Positions 56,388 through 64,000 of a stretch of DNA of 64,000 nucleotides are shown piece by piece. Origin of the DNA: Candidatus Thorarchaeota archaeon (lineage in GTDB: Archaea > Asgardarchaeota > Thorarchaeia > Thorarchaeales > Thorarchaeaceae); the NCBI GenBank assembly GCA_046758445.1, contig JBHIAE010000006.1, positions 38,397-102,396 of the forward strand. Reading direction: 5' to 3'. Each line of letters opens with the position of its first letter. Position 1 is the first letter of the stretch. Both the position numbers and the translations under genes were made by a program. The notes beneath the pieces are model-generated. The model did no database searches, was not told the origin of the DNA, and worked only from the letters and a program-made list of their open reading frames with translations.

Positions 56388-56968
56388 TGATGCTCATTCT
56401 CACTGTGTAGGTCGTGATGAATCATTTCCGAATATAGATAATGCCCAACTAACGGTCGAACTACTAGCTTCTCAACCAGCAATGCTGCAAAGGCCCACAG
56501 GAACGCTTGCAGCATGTCAATGGTTGCATAGAGAAATGTGACTTCGATTGATTCGGTCACTGCGGCAAAGATAGTCATACTCGGCAGGAAACCACCGACT
56601 AAACCACCGCCAAGCAAGACCATGATCGCGTACGTAAAGCTATCTCTATCGGATCTCAGGTGAATGGCATATCCAGTACCAACTCCCAAGCAAATGTTAC
56701 CAATCATTGGGAGTATTGGTGGTTCTCCTCCAGCAACGGCACCCCCAAGTCCGACTATCGCACCGACGAGTGCCCCACCCGGCAGACCCCCGATGATTCC
56801 ACCCAGCTCCGAGAAGAGGAAACCTGGCGTCAGGTCGAGAAGACCGGGTATCACGGGGATTCTGACGAACATCCTCACAACAACTCCAAGAGCAGCTAGC
56901 ATGGCGAGCGTCGTCAATGCAACTGTGTTTCTTTGAAGGGGAATCGAGCTCATTACTGATTCACTCAA
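56384..56968 (-). CDS. ECF transporter S-component-like membrane protein with His-rich tail
   Basis: VA..T.AM.AAL..V.R, G..GG..GGA.VG pattern; C-terminal HHDLHSENEH. Confidence 0.7.
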   Translation of the reverse strand: MSESVMSSIPLQRNTVALTTLAMLAALGVVVRMFVRIPVIPGLLDLTPGFLFSELGGIIGGLPGGALVGAIVGLGGAVAGGEPPILPMIGNICLGVGTGYAIHLRSDRDSFTYAIMVLLGGGLVGGFLPSMTIFAAVTESIEVTFLYATIDMLQAFLWAFAALLVEKLVVRPLVGHYLYSEMIHHDLHSENEHQ

Positions 56969-56978
56969 TTGTCGTCAC

Positions 56979-57356
56979 TCAACTTGGAGGGTCCGGCCAT
57001 GGTTCCAACAAGTATCTTCTGGTCTCGACGTACCACTGTTCAAGTCTGGCAAGGATTTGCTGTCTGACTTCCTCAGTAGAGATCGCCCTGTAGACGTAGT
57101 AGTAACCGCCTCTGTCGAAGGTGCGTTCTTCGGTATCGATGAGGCCCATCCTCTTGAGCTTCTTGAGAACGCGCTGCACCGTGCTACGATCACGACCAAT
57201 CCGACTAGCGATATTCTTCACAGTCTTGGGACCAGAAATCAGAGCGAAGTACGCATCGATCTCTGTACTCCTAAGCCCAAATGCGCAGCACAGCAAGTCG
57301 GAGGGTTTGTCAAACCCTTTGCTGAAGAGGTTGGCCAGAGGCTCACGAGAACTCAT
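56979..57356 (-). CDS. TrmB-like HTH transcriptional regulator with Cys-Cys motif
   Basis: CCAFGL..TE...Y..L, T...IA....RDRSTVQR.L..L...GL, GGY.Y.Y. Confidence 0.85.
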   Translation of the reverse strand: MSSREPLANLFSKGFDKPSDLLCCAFGLRSTEIDAYFALISGPKTVKNIASRIGRDRSTVQRVLKKLKRMGLIDTEERTFDRGGYYYVYRAISTEEVRQQILARLEQWYVETRRYLLEPWPDPPS

Positions 57357-57395
57357 TTTGACTCACATCAGAGTCCTATCGATATCACATAAGGG

Positions 57396-57415
57396 TTGTG
57401 CAGCAGCCTGCACAA
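57396..57415. promoter_or_regulatory. Palindromic operator candidate TTGTGCAG-N4-CTGCACAA
   Basis: Perfect 8-bp inverted repeat 40 nt upstream of the regulator start, in a divergent intergenic region. Confidence 0.55.
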
Positions 57416-57484
57416 TCGCTGTTGCCCAATAATACTTCGGTTCAAAAGACAGTAGGGGCAGTGAACCCAGGGTGCTAATCTGAG

Positions 57485-57958
57485 ATGGACTTTAGACCGG
57501 TGAAAGATGACACGAGCTCCGATCCCTGGACACGACACGAAACAGAGCCGGCATACCTTCGACCCATAAACCTTGCTCCACTCAAAGGAATTATCGAATC
57601 AGACCCGGTCCGCTCAAGGGTCTTGAAGGTCCTCATTGAGGACGGGTCTTGGGTTAGCACAGGAGATCTTCTTAGAGCCGCACGTCAAGAGAAACCTATT
57701 GTGGGAGCTGTGACAGTGGGAACGATGCTCCACGGTCTAAACAATCTGGTGTCCTCAAAGCTAATACTTAGCAGGACCTCTCTAAACTCTGGCATTGAAT
57801 GGGCTGAGTGGCGTATTAATCCCGATTGGATCAGACCTACACGGAAGCTGCTACAAATGCTGAGGAGGCCAAAGTTCGAGAAAGCAGTTGCCAAGAAGAG
57901 ACCATCTAAGAGGCAGACGCTTCTAGACAAGCATGAAGAGCCTACTACTCAGGAATGA
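57485..57958 (+). CDS. Hypothetical winged-helix-like protein
   Basis: DP.R..VL..L.....W.S..DL...; 157-aa ORF. Confidence 0.65.
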   Translation: MDFRPVKDDTSSDPWTRHETEPAYLRPINLAPLKGIIESDPVRSRVLKVLIEDGSWVSTGDLLRAARQEKPIVGAVTVGTMLHGLNNLVSSKLILSRTSLNSGIEWAEWRINPDWIRPTRKLLQMLRRPKFEKAVAKKRPSKRQTLLDKHEEPTTQE

Positions 57959-57972
57959 GTAGCTAGCATGCT

Positions 57973-58668
57973 TTGAGTAGACTTATTAGGGGTGTACGGA
58001 CACAAGAGTACATGCGGAATCCGACCAAGAAGGAGACTCGAGCCATCGTGGTCACAACTGACGACGAATATCAAGAGGTTAGATGGCAGCTATCAGATGT
58101 TTCAGTGTCGAGTGAAAGAGCCAAGAAGGTCGCTCTCGCAGCCATCATGGCGGCTCTGTCCATGGCTGTGTCCCCGGTGGCCTTGTACCTCCCAAGGATT
58201 CCGGGATGGGACATCGCGCTGTTTGACCCCATCTCTTTCTTCTGGATCATAGCCTTCCTGGTCGGCGGAATGTGGGTCGGTCTGGTCAGTGTTGTGGCGG
58301 GAACATTAGGACTGTTCTTCTTTGACCCATCGGTTGTAGGGCCATTCTTCAAGCTAGAGGCAACGTTACCTATGATCATCATTCCCTGGTTATTCGTGCA
58401 TTATCGCGGTCGTGAGAAAGGCGGGGAGTATCTGGCCTCTTTGAAGGTGTACTTCGGTGCTATGGTCATAGGCGCAATCATCAGAGCCATAATAATGGTC
58501 CCAACAAACCTTGTTGCAGTGCCTCTGCTCTATGGTCCAGGGTTGCCGCCAGACTTCATCATCGCCTACACGCTTGTGGTCAATGTTTCTCAGAGCTTCT
58601 GGGACGCGATAGTGCCGTTCATTGTGGTCCATACGAGTCCTGTGTTCAACCGCTTTGGCATGTGGTAA
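57973..58668 (+). CDS. ECF transporter S-component (true start probably further downstream)
   Basis: KKVA.AAIMAALS, FDP, G...G, R...M...N, N..Q...D. Confidence 0.8.
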   Translation: MSRLIRGVRTQEYMRNPTKKETRAIVVTTDDEYQEVRWQLSDVSVSSERAKKVALAAIMAALSMAVSPVALYLPRIPGWDIALFDPISFFWIIAFLVGGMWVGLVSVVAGTLGLFFFDPSVVGPFFKLEATLPMIIIPWLFVHYRGREKGGEYLASLKVYFGAMVIGAIIRAIIMVPTNLVAVPLLYGPGLPPDFIIAYTLVVNVSQSFWDAIVPFIVVHTSPVFNRFGMW

Positions 58669-58769
58669 GTCGCCTACGAAGTGTGTCGTGGAACAGAGGG
58701 GACCCTAGAAATCGCTATATGTGACAGTCCGTATCTTAGCTCGAACCAGCCGCTATAGGATGAGTCACA

Positions 58770-59582
58770 ATGCGCCGCTGTGAGTTCTGCGACAGTCCGG
58801 TTCCAGCCGATGCCACGATATGTCCGGTATGCAAGGAAGAGATCGCTGAGGAAACGCTAGAGAGAATCCTTCCGATGCTTAGGAGGCCGGATGCTCCGGA
58901 CGTCCGCGAGATGGGAGTGATTCAAAGACTGTGGGGAGTCATTCGCCGACCAGCGGCTGCATTCAGAGATATCGGTCAAAAGCCTGATGCGGTAGGACCC
59001 CTCCTCGTCATAGTGGCCAATGCTCTTGTTCTACTGGGATTCTTCTTGGCCATTTCTTCGAAGTTCACTGTCAACGTCGTTGTGAATATGACATCCGGAC
59101 AGACGGCACGCATGAGTATTCTAACAAGTCCATTCGGGCCACCGGTCTATTTGGCCGCATTGACAACGTTGCTTCCGAATATCATGCTGGGTCTCGTGTA
59201 TCTCGTGGTCGGGGGCGCCTTCGCCCACCTTGCGTTCAAAGTGACAGGGGGTGTCGGAAGGAGAGGTAAGACTTTCTCAATCATCGGCTATAGCATGCTC
59301 CCAGTGGTCATATTCAGAGTAATCGGTATTCTAGTAATCTTGGCGACTATGCCCTCTTTCCCTGTAGACCTTGCGTTTCAACATTCACTAGTGATTGACC
59401 AGGTATTCCGAGCTGAGCAATGGATAACAATCGACTACCTGACGATAGTTGCTTTCTTCTGGACAGGGTTCTTGTTGATATTTGGAATTCGGGAGGGGCA
59501 TGACACATCCACACAATGGGCGACCTTAGTGTCAATAGCTTGCATCATTGTGCTAGTATGGACATTCTTGCAGGTTCACTAG
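58770..59582 (+). CDS. Zinc-ribbon + Yip1 domain membrane protein
   Basis: CEFC...CPVC; V...P...FR.I...PD..GP; H...K..GG.G....F..IGYS.LP. Confidence 0.85.
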   Translation: MRRCEFCDSPVPADATICPVCKEEIAEETLERILPMLRRPDAPDVREMGVIQRLWGVIRRPAAAFRDIGQKPDAVGPLLVIVANALVLLGFFLAISSKFTVNVVVNMTSGQTARMSILTSPFGPPVYLAALTTLLPNIMLGLVYLVVGGAFAHLAFKVTGGVGRRGKTFSIIGYSMLPVVIFRVIGILVILATMPSFPVDLAFQHSLVIDQVFRAEQWITIDYLTIVAFFWTGFLLIFGIREGHDTSTQWATLVSIACIIVLVWTFLQVH

Positions 59583-60532
59583 ACAAGAAAGAAGATCTCA
59601 TAGAAAGGAATGATTACGAAAGTAATGATACCAACCAGAGCCCCGATCTTGTCAAGAGTGCTACCTATCAAGAGACGTTTCTCATTACTTGGTCCGGTCA
59701 ACGGAGCGATAGCTGCACCCAGAACAACTCCAGAACCCAGAATCAACAGGGGCCATAGATCCCAGCTTGCAAAACCAAGAATCCAGACCAGCACGTAGCA
59801 TGTCGCTCCGATTAGATTCAAGATTGCCGCAACGGCTGCGGCCGCTCGATAGCCATAGACTCTAGCAATCGTTCTAACATCTCTCACTCTGTCGCCCTCA
59901 ACATCCTCTGCGCCCTTTATTGTTTCACGAGCTTGGAGAATCATGAATGCTGTCACAAAGAACAGCCAGATGGGAAGCGGGATGTTGAAAGGAAGGCCAA
60001 TCGCCTCACCATATACAACTGCGCCATAGATTACCCCGAAAGCGAAAGAGAATGCCACCATGAAGTTGCCTGCCAGGCCGAACGTCTTGACCTTTGCGGC
60101 ATATGCGTAGCCGGCAACAATGAAAACGAATACTATCAGCGTTCCAAACAGGCCAAATGGTTTGTTCAGGAAGGCTAGTATCACGCCCAGTACACTTAGG
60201 ATTGCAACGTAGTACCATGCCTGTTTCACCGTCATCCGACCACTTGGAAGCGCCCGGTGTGGGCGGTTTATCTTGTCCACCTCTATGTCAAAGATGTCAT
60301 TGACAACATTGCCCCCAGCAGCAATCATAAAGTAGGTGAAGAATCCAAAGACAAACTGAGGAGTGTATGCCAGGACATCAGTTCCAACCGGAGTCATCTT
60401 GTAGGCCATTGCCACACCAGCAATGACTGTAAGGCCCCCAATTATCAGGTTCTGTAGTCGGAGTATCGATAGGAATGCCTTGGGATCTGTCTTCTGTGGG
60501 GCTTCAGTATTAGGGCGGGCTGGTTCCGACAT
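59579..60532 (-). CDS. UbiA prenyltransferase, digeranylgeranylglyceryl phosphate synthase-like
   Basis: GN..ND.FD.EVD.IN.P.R.LPSG, GN..VA, RE..K..ED.EGD.....RT. Confidence 0.9.
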   Translation of the reverse strand: MSEPARPNTEAPQKTDPKAFLSILRLQNLIIGGLTVIAGVAMAYKMTPVGTDVLAYTPQFVFGFFTYFMIAAGGNVVNDIFDIEVDKINRPHRALPSGRMTVKQAWYYVAILSVLGVILAFLNKPFGLFGTLIVFVFIVAGYAYAAKVKTFGLAGNFMVAFSFAFGVIYGAVVYGEAIGLPFNIPLPIWLFFVTAFMILQARETIKGAEDVEGDRVRDVRTIARVYGYRAAAAVAAILNLIGATCYVLVWILGFASWDLWPLLILGSGVVLGAAIAPLTGPSNEKRLLIGSTLDKIGALVGIITFVIIPFYEIFFLV

Positions 60533-60695
60533 GATACTGTCCTCTCCATGCCATCGAAGCCCGTCCGCGATTAAAGACTTCCGTTGCTGCTGGGCTCACC
60601 CAATGACTCATATTCCGAGGGGCGGCCTGCTCGTAAGATGGCTCTGATTGCCAGTCCTTGATTCCTATGTGAGACCTCGACTAGATGGAGGAACG

Positions 60696-61547
60696 ATGGC
60701 GCTGGAAAAGATACGATTTGGACCTGCAGGATACCCTGAAACGGCGAAAGGTAAGCTCACTAGTGTGTTTCAGATTCTGGGCGACGCGGGTCTAGAAGCG
60801 CTTGAGTATGCCGCAGTCTACGGACTCAGGTTGGGGGAATCAAGAGCACGAGAGATCGGAGAGCTGGCCAGAAAGCATGACATCTCAATGAGCATGCACG
60901 CGGCTTACTACATCAGCCTCGCGTCCCGAGATGCAGAGGTGCGCAAGAGGTCGAAGGGTCGCCTCATAAAGACGCTTCAATTTGCTCCATTGATGGGGGT
61001 GAAACGAATCGTGTTTCATGCGGGCGGATATAGTGGACTGAATCCCGATGAGGCATACAGAGTGGTAAAGGATGCCATTCTAGAGGTGTGGGAAAAGGCC
61101 GGGCATTTGGGAGAGGATGCATTCCTTTCGCCAGAAACTGCCGGCAAGTTGGGCTCATTCGGATCGGTGGATGAGCTCTTGAGACTATGCAGCGAGATTG
61201 ATAGGACTCTCCCAACAATTGACTGGGCACACCTGCATGCGAGAAGTCAAGGAAAATCAAGTGACAAGGATAGTTATCTAAGAGTCTTGGGACAATTCGA
61301 GGATGCATTAGGAAGACGGTTCGTTGACAACATGCATTTCCACGTTAGCGGAATCAAGTTTACTTCTAGAGGAGAGGAGTCGCATAGACCATTGGGAGGG
61401 AGATGGGGTCCGGACATACTGCCTCTCATGAAGATAGTGAGTGAAGTGGGCTACAAGCCCACCTTCATATCTGAAACACCTACTCCTATCAGAGGTGCGC
61501 TATATGCAAAGGCTCTGTATGACGAGTTGGAGAAGATGAAAGAATGA
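60696..61547 (+). CDS. Endonuclease IV-like TIM-barrel protein
   Basis: RFGPAG, S.HA.YYI.L, VFH.G, PET.GK...FG, IDWAH.HAR, HFH.SGI, GE..H, ISE.P. Confidence 0.9.
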   Translation: MALEKIRFGPAGYPETAKGKLTSVFQILGDAGLEALEYAAVYGLRLGESRAREIGELARKHDISMSMHAAYYISLASRDAEVRKRSKGRLIKTLQFAPLMGVKRIVFHAGGYSGLNPDEAYRVVKDAILEVWEKAGHLGEDAFLSPETAGKLGSFGSVDELLRLCSEIDRTLPTIDWAHLHARSQGKSSDKDSYLRVLGQFEDALGRRFVDNMHFHVSGIKFTSRGEESHRPLGGRWGPDILPLMKIVSEVGYKPTFISETPTPIRGALYAKALYDELEKMKE

Positions 61548-62887
61548 CAGATTACGCATTTGTCCTTGGAAAGAACTGGCTACTCAGCCTAGCCGAACTT
61601 GTCGTGTATCTTCAAGACAGAGGGATAGCTGACAAGGTGAAGGACTACTCGCGTACTTCTGCCATAATAGAAACTGAACAGAAGCTGGATGACGGACATC
61701 TTGTGGACATTCAGAGTGCCCTTGGTGGATGTTTCAAGGCGGGCCGAGTCCTGTCAGTATATGATCGTGATTTGGTGGAGAAAGCGTTTCCAGCACGAGG
61801 GAAGATAGACAAAGCTACTCGGAAGATGCTACAGGAAGTTCCTTGGGTAGATAGAGTGTGGCACAAACCTAGAGGCGCTAGAATCAGATTCGGAATTAGC
61901 ACCTATCCTCTAATGAACAAGCAGACGAGCATAGACCTGAAGAAGTTTACGTTGGGAATGGACGAGTGGGTGAAGAAGAAGCTGATTGAACGTGGTGCAA
62001 GAAAGGCAAACTACTACGCGTATGAGGGGCCAGACAAACGTGACCCAAAGAGACCCAGTGTAGCTCTTTGGCCAAAGACCATAGCAAGGCGGGGACTTTT
62101 GAATCCGCCAAATGCAGAGATATTAGCTCTGTTGACAGAGAGATCGGTGTACCTAGCAAAGACAGTGGCTGTGTACGATTCTCAACTGCAGCAGTACAGA
62201 GATGAAGCTCGACCATACATTACTGCTGAAGTTAGCACAAGTCCAAAGATGTGTAGAACTTTGCTCAACTTGGCCGGAGCCAGACCCGGAGATATTGTCC
62301 TTGACCCATTCTGTGGAACGGGAACTCTCCTCATGGAGGCAGCGATGCTTGGCATGAAATGCATAGGGATAGACATCAACGGCGAAGCAGTAGAGGGAGC
62401 GCGTTCGAACATGAAGTGGTTGGGGTCGAATCTGGGCGAGTGGATTGACTTCAAGATTCTAAGAGGAGACGCTCGTGAGGTTTCGAGCATCATTGATGGA
62501 AAAGTCGACGCCATTGCTTTCGAACCAGATCTCGGCCCTGTCTATAGCGATCCTCCGAACCTGGAGGAGGCCAAGAGCACCATCAATAGTCTAACAGCTC
62601 TCTACAGAGAGGTTTTGCAGAGTGTAGAGTCATGCCTACGCTCGCGAGGAAGAATAGGAATGACTGTGCCTGTCATCAATACCACTGATGGGCAATTGTC
62701 AGTAGATGTTGATGCAATGACAGAAGGAACTAGCTTTGATGTCTTCAAGCTGTTGCACGGTAACGCGTTTGCAGACTATGTACCTAGAAGTCAACGCCTC
62801 GCTGTCGTCACAGATCGTACAACGCTTCCCGAGAGAAAGAGGGGGCAGATTGTTCAGCGTGCAGTGTTGATGCTAGGTAGGGTCTAG
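61544..62887 (+). CDS. Trm11/UPF0020-like tRNA methyltransferase
   Basis: P...R..LNL, VLDPFCGTGT.L.EA, G.D, GDA, EP.LGP. Confidence 0.85.
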   Translation: MTDYAFVLGKNWLLSLAELVVYLQDRGIADKVKDYSRTSAIIETEQKLDDGHLVDIQSALGGCFKAGRVLSVYDRDLVEKAFPARGKIDKATRKMLQEVPWVDRVWHKPRGARIRFGISTYPLMNKQTSIDLKKFTLGMDEWVKKKLIERGARKANYYAYEGPDKRDPKRPSVALWPKTIARRGLLNPPNAEILALLTERSVYLAKTVAVYDSQLQQYRDEARPYITAEVSTSPKMCRTLLNLAGARPGDIVLDPFCGTGTLLMEAAMLGMKCIGIDINGEAVEGARSNMKWLGSNLGEWIDFKILRGDAREVSSIIDGKVDAIAFEPDLGPVYSDPPNLEEAKSTINSLTALYREVLQSVESCLRSRGRIGMTVPVINTTDGQLSVDVDAMTEGTSFDVFKLLHGNAFADYVPRSQRLAVVTDRTTLPERKRGQIVQRAVLMLGRV

Positions 62888-63717
62888 AACAGATGCCGAA
62901 CAACGTCATCGAGTATGGCATAAGTCTGCATTCGCTCAATATCAGACTTCACGTAGGGCATCGCCTCCTCGAATATCATCTTGCGATACTTTGCCTTGGT
63001 GACGGTCTCTTTTGTGGCCTCAGCCATTATTCTGAGCAGTTCTTCGAGGACATCGCGTAGAATCTTGTAGGGCAAACTATAGACATTTATCTCAAGAATC
63101 TCAATTCCGTCGCCGTTCACGACTACGCCATCAAGGAAATCGTGCTCAGCTAGAAGGGGCTTCATCTGTTTCTTGATTCGACTTACTAGTTGACGTCTCG
63201 TCTTCTTATCGATTTTCACCCGCATTATAGCCCTGTACAGATGGCTGTACACCGCAAGACAGTCCATACACTTTCCAGCGAGAAGGCTCTCGTCTGTGAC
63301 TTCGTACTGACCGACGAGCTCGTCAACAAAGCCTGCGAACTTCTTGAAGGTCGTGGGCGCACCGTCCCATTCCTTGAGCACTGTCGGGATGTCCTTACCG
63401 GCCGGCACCTCGTTCTTAATGAACTCCTCCATAGCATACTGGAGTAGGAAACGCATGTGTCCAACGCGTGCAGCCTTGGATACAACCATGACAAAGAGAA
63501 GATGCTCGTTGGCCTCCCAGATGTATCGATTTACCTCAGTGTCGATGGTCCTCAGTTTCTCATTGGCGGTTTCATCAATGAACATGTGTGTAGCAGAAAG
63601 GAATGGAGCAATCAAGTCCATGTCAATTTCAATGTCTGTGTAGGCTTTGGACACTAGATTTCTACCACTGCCTTTCTCGACAACCCATATCCCATGAATG
63701 GCTCGACGATCAGCCAT
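62884..63717 (-). CDS. Longin-like domain protein with helical C-terminal domain
   Basis: IHGIWVV...SG..L..K.Y.....D.DLI..FLSA...F..E.....L..I......Y......LLFV.V pattern; start moved to ATG 63717. Confidence 0.7.
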   Translation of the reverse strand: MADRRAIHGIWVVEKGSGRNLVSKAYTDIEIDMDLIAPFLSATHMFIDETANEKLRTIDTEVNRYIWEANEHLLFVMVVSKAARVGHMRFLLQYAMEEFIKNEVPAGKDIPTVLKEWDGAPTTFKKFAGFVDELVGQYEVTDESLLAGKCMDCLAVYSHLYRAIMRVKIDKKTRRQLVSRIKKQMKPLLAEHDFLDGVVVNGDGIEILEINVYSLPYKILRDVLEELLRIMAEATKETVTKAKYRKMIFEEAMPYVKSDIERMQTYAILDDVVRHLF

Positions 63718-64000
63718 GGCGAATTCTACTCCGGCTAACAGACTCGTATTAGTTTGAAATAAGCCTATGTCGGACGGTGGTAACACGTTCTTTCGGTATA
63801 CTTGGTGTTCCAGGTGAAAAGATTCCTCTTTACCATCATAAACACAAAGATGAATGAGCAATACTCCAAGTGTTTGGTGACGAACGATTTTGACATTCGA
63901 CACCCACTATCCTCTTCCGTCTATCTCCTATAGATTGCTGAGCTGACGTGACCAACAGAGATTCTAAGGTGCTCTCCAGCAAGAGAGATCGCTCTTGCAG

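Noticed and set aside
1-64000. CRISPR arrays, rRNA, selenoprotein UGA read-through/SECIS
   Set aside because: No spaced repeats, rRNA-like tracts, or in-frame UGA at a conserved Cys position were noticed; manual reading could miss subtle cases.

Overview
A gene-dense archaeal chromosomal segment, most likely from an Asgard archaeon of Thorarchaeia type. This is an inference from S26e, L13e, aIF-5A, class I LysRS, archaeal CCA enzyme, DGGGP synthase, and Bet3/TRAPP-, roadblock-, longin- and PCI-like proteins. It holds about 65 CDS: translation and tRNA-modification genes, lipid synthesis, ABC/ECF transporters, a NikR-linked Ni/Co uptake locus, a beta-oxidation operon and an accessory-looking region (45.8-52.6 kb). 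Two tRNA genes absent from the ORF track, Leu-CAG and His-GUG, each carry a ~30-nt intron at a non-canonical position. There is also a decayed, intron-less partial duplicate of tRNA-His and a frameshifted amidase. The best candidate for a new system is a paired-paralog cluster at 14.5-19.6 kb: two Bet3/TRAPPC3-like proteins, two roadblock + tandem winged-helix proteins resembling the NPRL2 C-terminus, two related membrane proteins and a third V4R protein. No CRISPR array, rRNA, transposase or integrase was seen. Product calls come from motif recognition by eye, not database searches. Several starts were moved from the ORF track to more plausible codons.
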